Positions 49,999-64,000 of a DNA stretch of 64,000 nt are shown piece after piece. Location of the stretch: positions 310,001-374,000 of the forward strand of contig JAVKOQ020000009.1 in NCBI GenBank assembly GCA_031835245.2, in the 5' to 3' direction. The stretch's first letter is position 1. Each line of letters begins with the position of its first letter. The notes beneath the pieces were generated by a model, which made no database searches, was not told where the DNA came from, and saw nothing but the letters and a program-made list of their open reading frames with translations. Made by a program: the position numbers and the translations under genes. The DNA comes from Balamuthia mandrillaris. Its lineage: Eukaryota.

Positions 49999-50793
49999 AT
50001 GGACCACCACCAGCAGCACCACCACCACGAAGCGGAAGAACCGCCTCACCAGCAAAGAGCGGCGGCGGTGAGGTACGCCACGCAGCTGACCTATCCGCCA
50101 AGCCACTGGGCGCATGGCATCACCGTGGAGGCCCGCCAGGCGGACAGCCTCTACAGGGTGGGAGCTCTGTGGCATCGCGGAGAGGTCCCCGTGGTGGTGG
50201 CCTTGAACCCCACGGACAGCAGGGGTTACCGCTTGCTCTGCACCGTTACTGACCCGGAGGACGTCACCCGCACCTTCAACAAAGCGCCAACGGCCGAGCA
50301 AATGGCAGCTCTGGGCGCTGCCCTGGCCTTCATGGCTGTGCCTGTCTTCCAAGAGTTGGGCTTGGTGGCGCAGACCATGGTGCTGGGCAACAACTCCCAC
50401 AGCATGGAGAAAGAAGGAGGGGAGGGCGAGGAAGAGGAGGTGATGGTGGTGGGTCAGCCGCATGAGCCGCATCTCATCCATGGGCATGTTGTGGGGCGTG
50501 GCAACCCTCGTTGGGAGGTGGTCAAAGGGCTGCCCCTTGGTGGGCCACCTCCCGGTTCTCTCTTTCCCCTCAAGTCTCCGCATGAAGGTCAAAAGAGAGG
50601 GTGGACGGCAGAGCACGCGGCAGCCTTTCGCACTCGGCTGCAGGAACTAATCGAGAAACACGCCCACTTGGCTGCTTCTCTTTACCAACTTCTTCCTTCT
50701 CCCTCTTCCTCCTCCTCCTCCTCCTCCTCCTCCTCCTCTACCACAGCTTCTTCCTCCTCTGCCACAATAGCAACATCCAAAGACAACAACTGA
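49999..50793 (+). CDS. HIT-like domain hypothetical protein, single exon
   Basis: Long ORF with VALNPTDSRGYRLL...QTMVLGNNSH...HEPHLIHGHVVGRG, a HIT-like HxH motif. Confidence 0.55.
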   Translation: MDHHQQHHHHEAEEPPHQQRAAAVRYATQLTYPPSHWAHGITVEARQADSLYRVGALWHRGEVPVVVALNPTDSRGYRLLCTVTDPEDVTRTFNKAPTAEQMAALGAALAFMAVPVFQELGLVAQTMVLGNNSHSMEKEGGEGEEEEVMVVGQPHEPHLIHGHVVGRGNPRWEVVKGLPLGGPPPGSLFPLKSPHEGQKRGWTAEHAAAFRTRLQELIEKHAHLAASLYQLLPSPSSSSSSSSSSSSTTASSSSATIATSKDNN

Positions 50794-50880
50794 ACACAAA
50801 AACCATCTTGCTTGTTGCGGCAAAAAACACCCCAAACAAGAATTGGGGAAAAGGGGAGCGGGCGGGCGGGAAGAAAGGTT

Positions 50881-51337
50881 CTAAGAGCGCCAGAAGCTGA
50901 AGAAGCCCTTCTTTGCTTTCTTTCTGGCGTCGAGGGAGGGAGCCTGGATGGAGGAGAGGGCCAAGTCGAAGAGGATGGGTTTGCAAGGAATGGGCTGTAG
51001 CTCGGGAGGGAAATCCACCACTCTCCTTTCCTTGAGGACGCGTCCAGTGGCATCGTACGTGTCCATCGCCCGCAGCAGTGAATACTGCGATTCCTGTATC
51101 GCATGAAAATAAAGAAGAAAAGGAGATTCGTTAGCGTTGCTTTAAAAACTTTGGCCATAGACAGAGCCAGAAGTGAACCCTTTCTCCTTCAGCTGCGGCC
51201 TCTCCTGCTGTTGAGCTACTGCCAGCGGCATCTGTCTTTGTGGCTTCCAAAAAGGCCTTGGCATGGGCAGCGCAAGTCTTTCCCTTGATCTTTTTCTCCA
51301 GTTCTGCGAGGCCAGCCACATCAGCCTATCAAAAAGC

Positions 51338-51374
<37 letters not shown>

Positions 51375-53170
51375 GATGAGTACACTTAATAGAAACGAAG
51401 AGTTTAGTAGAGAAAACAAACCGGGATTGGCTTTGTGCACTGCCGGTAATGGGCAAGGGCGGAAGCGATATGCTCTGATGTTCTCTCGAACAAAGCCAAA
51501 GCTTCGGGCCACTTGGAAGCTTTGAAATGAGTCAAAGCTACATAGTAGCAGCTGTTGCACACGAGAATCAGCGTCAAAATAAAAATAAACTAGCAAATAA
51601 AGCAAAGGCGATGCTTACCGATATGCTTTAAAACATAAAAGTCGAGCCGCCACCTGTCTTGAGAATTCTGGGTCGTCTGTCTGAAGCTCGGAAATGTCTC
51701 GCATATTCTGGATGAGAAATAGAAAGGTCAGTGTCAGACGGCGCACAGAAATGTTTGGCCAAAGAACAAAACAAGAACGGTTACCTGAAGTAAAGTATCA
51801 TAAAGCTTAACGAGGTCCTTTGGCTTGACTGCTTTGCCTGTTTGTTGCTTCTGGCCATCTCCAACCTCTGATGTGCAATTGATGATCAGATACTTTCGTG
51901 CTTCTCTCTCACCGTGCTCATAATGTAGCAAGTTACCTACCTTGTAATTTCTGGCCTGCGGTTTGCACCATCAGTAAGTTTCGATCGATGGTTCTGGACA
52001 ATTTGCAGTACTCCACATAGTTCTTAAGTGCAAGGAGGGCTTCTTCTTGCCCTTGTTGTTTCAGCGATTTCTTTTGTGCATCTTGGAACTGGCGTAACTC
52101 GTCTCTGAGACAATTGGCTGCATCATTGTAAGCCACAAACACTTTGTCATAAAGGGCGAGCTTAGCTTCAGCGGATTCCTCCTTCTCTATCTCGAATGCG
52201 CTTTCCTGCGCCTTCAAAATATGCTCACGCAGCTTGTCAGACTTAACAGGGATCGTTTGTTTGCCCCAAGTAATCTCTCGCATGCTCTCAGCATGCTTCT
52301 TCCTGGTCTCCGCCAAAACTTTCTGTGTGTTGTAGCGCATAGCATCAGTAAAGGAGAGAGTAATAGAGTGAGAACAATAGAGCTGCATACATCAAGTTTT
52401 TCTTGGAGGATGTCGGAGGTAGCTCCATGACTAAGCTCCTTCAGTTCAGAGACGCCAGTTTCTTCGCCAATGCCAAGGTTGTACTTACAGAACCGGATGT
52501 TTGGCTCTATTTCTTCAACCCTCTGTCTGAACATTTCTTGGTACTCGGAGTGGCCTACCTTGCCCAAGTGGTTGTAGATTTTCCTGCAAACACGCACTCA
52601 GCCTTTAATTTTTGTAGCTGTGAATGGAGTGCAAATTCGTACCTAGCACGGTCAAAGCACTCGAGCGCCTCCTTCCACTTCTCTTGGTGAAAGTGGAGGT
52701 TACCAGCCATCCAACCAGCGTAGGCTTCCGCCTCCAACTTGGTACGATCGTCGGCCAGCTCCGAGCAGAGGTTTAGTAGGTCTTCGCTCCAGCGCACGGC
52801 CTTCTTCAGCTTTCGGTGCAAGTGGAAGTTTGCTCTGGGATTGCCGTCGTCCTCTTTCAGCTCCATAGCGTAGCTCCATGACCTCTCCGCGTTGAAGAGG
52901 GGCAACAAGAGGTATCTTCATGAGAGAGAAAGGGAGCGAAGTTTAGCGCTCAAAGCAAGCACAGAAAAAAGCAACAGCAGCAGTACCTTGCTTCAACGAC
53001 AATCTTGGCATCAAGCTTCTTTGGGTTGAAACGTCCTTTTCCATGCAAAAACTTCAAAGACTTTCGAATACGACGCAGACGACGGCTACAATACTGACGA
53101 TAGCGTTGGTAGTCACCATGCCGCAAACCATTTTGGTACTGTGCCGTTTTGATAACGTGCAACACTGACC

Positions 53171-53221
<51 letters not shown>

Positions 53222-53372
53222 TATCAGACAAGACAGTGAAAATAAAAAGTGACCGAGAACTACCTTCAAGAGAAAATTGTTTTGCCTTCTCTTCTCTCTT
53301 TTCTCGAGTTTCTTCTACAGGAGAGGTGGTAGCCTCAGGGCTCTCAGCAGCAGCAGTGGGCAGGGCCTCCAT
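50881..53372 (-). CDS. SRP68: Signal recognition particle subunit SRP68
   Basis: IKTAQYQNGLRHGDYQRYRQYCSRRLRRIRK, LFNAERSWSYAMELK, FPPELQPIPCKPILFDLA. Confidence 0.95.
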
Positions 53373-53834
53373 TCTTAATCGAATGTGTTTTTTTTTTTTA
53401 AAAGGGGGGGGAACTGAGCTCCCGTTCTTCTTCTTTTGTTGGGGGAGTTTTTGTCGACGAGACTGCATGAGGGGTGGTTGTGGCTGACGTGGCTGTCGTT
53501 GAGCCTGCATGAGGGGTGGACACTCGGCCCCCCAAACCACACCTGCAAAAAAGAGGAGAGAACCGTTTGTTGTCAACGTTGTGGGATAGCGCAGGGAGAG
53601 AAAAGGAAGGAAGGAAAAAGGAGCCAGCCCTTAGAATTCCAAGAAGTACTTCTCGCGCTGCTTTTTTTTTGTTTGCTTACCAAGCCGTTCGTGCTGACGC
53701 CGTCATTTCCCCTTCCTGTTTTTTTCTTCACTTTGGACCACGACACGGGAACAAGGGGAGTACTTCGAAACGGCCCGCAATACCACTACCCCGGACATAG
53801 GCCACTGAGAAACAGAAAGAAAGGAAGACAAGAA

Positions 53835-56219
53835 ATGATGGAAGACCAAACCGGGCAGGACCTCTCCTCCCAGCAGCTGGACCTCAGCAACGAGTTTTGG
53901 AAGGACATACCAGATGACCTTTTGGACAACCTTTACTTTGAACTAGAGTACGTTTACCTTGCTTCTGTATTCTTGTGTTAAAGAGGTCCTGTTTTGCCTT
54001 GTTGCGAAGCCATGCATAAAAGCACAAAAGAACCAAGAACATGCGGACGCTATCTTATTGACCTTTGTGATTCCAACGTTGTCGTACATAGACACACAGC
54101 AACACTTTCTTTGCCACAGACGAACCAGTTCTTGGAAGAAGAGGAAGAAGAGGAGTACCAGCGGTCCCAAATATCACACTCTGCTGTAGCTGGCGTCGCT
54201 GCTGAACAGGCCTATCACCCACACTCACATCTAAAGAGAGGACACAGCGGAACCATCGATCCATTCCACTTGCAAGCACAGGGCTCTTCCTCTTCAACTT
54301 CCTCTTCATCTTCCTTATCCCAACAGCAGCAGTTTGAACAAATGGCACAGCAACAACGGCACATGCTCCGTAAGCAGCGAGAAGGAGGCTCTAGGGAAGA
54401 AGAGGAGGAAGAGGAGGAGGAAGAGGAGGAAGAACCCCAACCACCACGCAGATTGGAGGAAGAAGAACTATCAAGCGAGAACGAACAGGACTTGATGGAA
54501 GGAAACACCACTTTTCCCTTTGCCACAGAAGTATTCACACAGGAGCAAGCGAAGGCTCGGCTCGTCATCGACCAAATTCATCAACTTTTCCTGCAGCAGG
54601 AAAACCAGTTGGATCAGCTCAAGCAAAGTCAACAACAGATAATAGTGCAGCCTTCCAAAGAAGCCATTGCAGAACTCAATACCCAGCTGGCGAACCTTGA
54701 CCAACAGATCGTTGTCGAGCTTACAGAGGCTCAGAATATACACAGCAGTGTCATCCTTGACCCCGCGGCTTTGCACCAGCTGCGAACATTGCTATCCCGG
54801 CTTAAGATTCAACAACAGCGAATCAGCCTTTACCAGGATGAACTTTCAAATCTTCTTCATCCTCGCACGCCCACTCCATGGTCTGCCTCTCCTTATCTCA
54901 CTCTCGCTTTTTTTCTGCTTCTTGGTTGACAAATTACCCATTTTTTTCAAATTGGCATTATTCAACCATAGCATTGCAGCGCTAGCTATTACAGAGCAAC
55001 CCACTCCCCAAGTGTTGTTTAAAGGAAAGACTCTGGAGGATGCCTATGCCCTCGTTCTGTTAACGGGCGCAAATGTGAATATCCAAAGCATAGGCAAGGT
55101 TCGAGCTGTGCTTGTGGCTGATGAAAAGATTGGCAAGTCCAAGAAGCCAGTAGAGAATGACACCCAAACTATGGATGCATTGAAGCGCATATCCTTCTTC
55201 CACGGCATCAAGGTCAACGTTTCAACCAGAATGTCGATGGTTTACCTCAAATTTGCGGTACCGATACAACTCGCGAACAATGACGGCATTCTTCACACCA
55301 TAGAAAGTTCCGGCTCATACCCCATCATAGTTATCACTAATGAAAGCCAGTGGTGCGAGGCTGCCGGCAAGCTACTTCTGTTTGAGGCGTTTACATCTCA
55401 GGTAATTTTTATTAATCCTTTTCTCCTCTTCCTCTTCTCTCTCTCTCTCTCTCTCTCTCAGGTCTGATTCTTCTGTGTGGCGATAGGACGAAGTACCTTG
55501 GCCACTGTTAGCAAATGTAACCCACACCCATTTTTTGAAAGCAACAAGGCAAGAGGCCAGCAATCCATCACGCAGCCTCAGCAACGCTGAGTTTCAATAT
55601 CTCCACTACAAATTCTTCGGTATGTTTTCATTCTCCTGAACGAATGATTGGTATGGCCCTGACTTAACTTCCATTCAGGAGGGCAAGCACACGTGACTAA
55701 GGTGCAAGCTGGGAGGTTTTGGTATTGGTTTGGTCAGGTTGTACAGAGTCTACGTTTTAAGCGACATATCGCCAATCTGTGGTTCACTGGGTGCGTCTCT
55801 TTTTCTCCTACAATCACGTTCTACAACACCTTGTTTTTCACTTACATCAATTACAATCAAAACTAAGGTTGATCTATGGATTCATACCAAAACATGTTTG
55901 CAACGAGCTGTTGACAGACGAAGAAATAGGAACGTTCATAATCCGCTTTAGCGAAAGTTATCCAGGCCTCTTTGCAGTGGCCTACGTGGACGACGACGAG
56001 GCAGAAAGAGTAAAGCATTACCTGGTGAAGCCTGAGGACATCAGCTCAAACAAGAGCTTGCCAGACTTTTTGAGAGAGAAACCTCAGTTCCTGTGGCTGA
56101 AGCAGCTGGACCCAACCACAGGTGAACTTCGCAAGTTCCCCAAAGACGCGGTACTCAAGGACTACTATTCCAAGCGCCAGCGATCTGGCAAGCCCACCAA
56201 CGGCTATGTCCTCTTGTAA
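53835..56219 (+). CDS. STAT transcription factor (Dictyostelium-type)
   Basis: Coiled coil, ALAITEQPTPQVLFK, PIIVITNESQWCEAAGKLL, SH2 (LIYGFIPK..LLTDEEIGTFIIRFSESYPGLFAVAYV..VKHYLV), C-terminal phospho-Tyr motif NGYVLL. Confidence 0.92.
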
Positions 56220-56309
56220 TTTTCCTCTCCCTCCTGTGGGAATTTACAACAGGGCATTCCTCTTTTACTATGTGATATTTATCAAAAGATAACGCTTATG
56301 CTTATGTCT

Positions 56310-56339
56310 TTTGCCACACTTCAAGATTTAATGTAGGCG
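56310..56339 (+). mobile_element. Possible degraded right-end fragment of the same Fanzor family
   Basis: CAAGATTTAATGTAGGCG versus the scaffold terminus CAAGTTTAATGTAGGCG, in the intergenic gap between STAT and DHX16. Confidence 0.4.
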
Positions 56340-56375
56340 CCTTAGTGCTGCCTTTCACAATTTACAGGACAAAAT

Positions 56376-60653
<4,278 letters not shown>

Positions 60654-60959
60654 TGCGGCGTAGACAAACTGTTGCGGAGGAGGAGGGGTTCCGGGGCTGG
60701 GTGAGGCAACCAACAACAACTTGAGCCCTTTCTTCTTCTTGCTTCCTCCTCTCCTCTTGGGCTTTGACTCCCCAAGCAACTACTCCGCGAACTTTACAAT
60801 GTTAGCCTTATTTGCAGCTGCTTACGTCATCACTATGAGGGGCCGCAATTCCTCCCCGCCCCCTCCCAAAAAAAAAGCACCGCGCAGAGAAGCAGCAGCA
60901 GCAGCAGCAGCAGAGAGAGAAGCAAGCAAGGGAGAAGCAGGAGTAACCAAGTGGTAACC

Positions 60960-61412
60960 ATGACCGCCCATTTGCCGCCCAACTTGTTGCGCCTCTTTGC
61001 GGCGCGACCACCCATCCCTTATCTTCCACCACCCGATGAAAACAGAAAGCCGCTGCCTCAATACTCTGGAATAGCCGCCTACATCTCTCGTTTTACGGAT
61101 GCCGACGTTGTTGAACCACCACCTGCCACCCAGCCTGAGACTAAGCAACAGCGCAAAGAGCGCAAGCGACAGGAGAAAATGGAGAAGAACAACGCCCAGA
61201 TCGCCGAAGAGATCACCAAATGTATGTGGAGGAGCTGCTTTCTCTCACCTCCCCCAACACACTCAGTGACACTACTTGTTGACCTCTTTTTTTTTTGTTA
61301 CGAAACAGGGGACCCCCATGAAAACCCTGAGGCCACTGGTGACGCTTGGAAAACTCTTTTTGTAGCTCGCTTGGTACTCCCCTCAATACTGTTATTCTTG
61401 TCCTTTGTCTTT

Positions 61413-61453
<41 letters not shown>

Positions 61454-62517
61454 TGCTGCTGCTGCTGCTGCTGCCTCTGCTCTCTTTCGCTCTGTCTCTG
61501 TCTCTGTCTTTGTAGATAGAACTGACAGCGAAGAAATGCCTTTTTGGATGAACAGAATTATAAAACAAGCAAGAGAAAGCTGGAGCGTGAGTTCGAGGAG
61601 TATGGACCTATCAAACGGGTATGTAGTTTTGCCAGTTAGTGGCCCTGTATTTTTACTGATGTAACACACATTGCAGGTGCGGTTAGTGACGGACCAGGAA
61701 GGCAAGTCTCGTGGTTATGCCTTCATTGAATTTGAGTCCGAGCACGATATGAAAAGTAACTCTACGCTCTCGTCTGCGTTCTTCTTTTGTTGTTGTTCTT
61801 CTTCTTCTTCTTCTTCTTCTGCTCACTTTTCTTTCTTTTCTCTTTGTGTCATGTACCTATTGGCTGTGATTACATGTTATCTTATTGGTTGCGTTTCCCT
61901 CTACACAAACAGCGGCCTACAAAGAAGCCGACGGCAGAAAGTTGGACGACTACCGCATCCTTGTGGACGTGGAGCGAGGAAGAACAGTGAAGGGCTGGCG
62001 ACCTAGAAGACTCGGTATAAATTTCCTGCTCTCCTTGTTGTAGTGTTATTCTCATCTCCTACGGTAAACAGGGGGCGGTCTGGGCGGGAGGCGTCCTACC
62101 GAGCCTGGTCGTAGTGGGAGCGCACCTACAACTTCTGCTAGGTTTGTGACCTATTTGCACTTGCGTTTGTTTTTGGGTTTGGTTTGTGTGATTAATGTAC
62201 GGGTTGGGATTGGGAATAGCAGGGAGCAGCATTCTGCCTTGGGTCGCCAGGGCAGCCGAGAGTCTGATAGGCATCGCAGCAGCAGCAGTAGTCGCCGTAG
62301 TAGTTATGCTGATGACAGAGGCAGCCGAGGCAGCAGGCCCCGAGACAGAGACTATGATAGAGGCAGCTCTAGGAATTATGATAGAGATCGTGACAGGGAT
62401 AGGCATCGTGACAGAAATAGAGACAGATCAAGAGACAGGTTCGGTGTTTGTTTTTGATGTTTTTTAATGCGCTCACGCAATTGATCTTGACTTTGCTATA
62501 GACACTCTAGGCGGTAG
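60960..62517 (+). CDS. SNRNP70: U1 snRNP 70 kDa protein
   Basis: [42 protein letters not shown] (RNP1), [28 protein letters not shown] tail. Confidence 0.96.
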
Positions 62518-63003
62518 ACGAAGGATTAACCAGTCTTGCTCCGTGAAGCCTCGTTTCCTCTCTTTCTCAGCCTCTTTTTTTTTTAATATTTCTCATCGTT
62601 TAGCGTGTGTTTCTACTGGATGGGGTGCTCTCATAAGGTCCACCTTAAAAAAACTAAGGGTAAGCTTCCCATCTGTCTTGCTCCCTGTCTTGGTTTCCCC
62701 TCCTCTCCCTTCCTTTCCTGCTGCGCTGGTAAGTAATTTGGTGCGTTTAAAGAATATCTTCATGGCCGCCTCTGTGCATGTATGCCCCCATTCACCAAAT
62801 TCTGCTTCACACAACGCCGTAAATGACCCCAATGTTTGCAACTGTCCCACCGTTCCCAAACCTTTTTTTTTCCTTACTCTATTATTTTCCCTAACAATAG
62901 CGCCAACCATCTCACTTTGTCACCTATATACTCTCGCTTGCGGAAACACAAAAGAGCGGCAGACGTTTTTGTTCACCGCCGGGTATGGTTGGTTTGAGCG
63001 TTG

Positions 63004-64000
63004 CTAAACTTGGGAATCTTCGTTGCCGTTGTTGCTTGTGGTGTGCTGCTGCTGCTGTTGTTTGAGCTTCTTCCTTTGCTGCCGGATTAGTTTGGCTTGT
63101 TTGAGGTCGTATTTGCTTACTGTTTTTATGGATCCGCGCTTGGGAGGCTTCCGCTCCATTTCCTTCTTTTTTGATTTGCTACAGGCACACAACAGTAAGG
63201 CAATCGGTTGATGAGAGAGAGAAAGAGAGGTGGTTATTACCTCGGTTTCTTCAGGGCAAGCATCCACTCGGGCACAGGGCAACCAGAGTTTTTCATGATG
63301 TTGGCAATGCTTCGTAACATCTCAGCATCATTCTCAGTATAAAAGGTGATGGAGGAGCCTTCCTTGCCAGCACGCCCACTGCGGCCAATCCTGTGAATAT
63401 AGGTCTGGGAGTTTTGAGGGAAGTCATAATTGATGACACAACTCACAGCATGAAAGTCCATGCCTCGTGCCATTAGATCTGTTGTTATCAGAAACCATAT
63501 TTTGCCCATGCGAAACTTTTTGACAATGCCTTCTCTCTGTTACCAGATTGCAAAAGGTGTAAGGAGCGAAGATGCTAATTGCGTTAATGATTTTAAATAT
63601 ACCTTGGTTTGTGACTTATCTGCATGGATTACGTCAACATTCAGGTTATCATAGGCCAACTCTTGGAATAGCTCTTGTGCTCGCTCTTTTGACTGCACAA
63701 AGATCAACACTGGTGGTCTTATTCCCTGCAAATAAATGAGAGAGCTATCAATAAAAACACACATACTTGGATTTGTTTAGGGCCTACCTCCTGGATTATT
63801 TGTCGTAATGCTGCCAGTTTGTTCTCTTCTTTGCCAACAAATTTAAGCGTTTGTTTGATGGTAGTTGTTGCTGCGTTGCTGAAATAATTATAATAATAAA
63901 CGGAATGGAGGTGAGATAAAATACTGACAGAAAAGAAGAGAGCAACAAACCGCGCGCCAACAAAAATGTGGAGAGGATTGCGTAGAAAGCTCTGTGATAA
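63004..64000 (-). CDS. DDX52: DEAD-box RNA helicase ROK1/DDX52 (3' part; runs off the window)
   Basis: [71 protein letters not shown]. Confidence 0.92.

Noticed and set aside
62593..62910. 105-aa minus-strand ORF downstream of DDX52
   Set aside because: No recognisable motif. It may be a further DDX52 exon or UTR, and cannot be resolved from sequence alone.

Overview
Gene-dense, intron-rich eukaryotic nuclear DNA. It is most likely amoebozoan (inferred from a Dictyostelium-type STAT, a Dlp/ARC5-type dynamin and an Rh-family channel). Introns are short GT-AG and often carry (CT)n tracts. About 22 protein genes are recognisable: ArfGAP, ADF-H, RasGAP, mitochondrial S18, VIT-vWA, profilin-like, macro domain, OGG1, SEC10, Rh, WD40, UGGT, Nudix, dynamin-like, GPR137, HIT-like, SRP68, STAT, DHX16, U1-70K, DDX52 and a few hypotheticals. 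Exon boundaries are approximate. The main discovery is a set of TnpB/Fanzor2 (IS607-type RNA-guided nuclease) remnants. A 5'-truncated Fanzor C-terminus plus its right-end omega-RNA scaffold disrupts a DUF1152 gene (20830-21094). A scaffold-only 80-nt copy sits at 47554-47633. A possible degraded end lies at about 56310-56339, and a second-family remnant with strong RNA structure lies in a SEC10 intron (about 25035-25262). Both clear insertions lie 9-13 nt downstream of a CG-ending TAM-like motif, and their guide position repeats that upstream target. This suggests guide-RNA cassettes written into the nuclease's own cut sites. No intact Fanzor or transposase gene is in the window, so the mechanism is inference.
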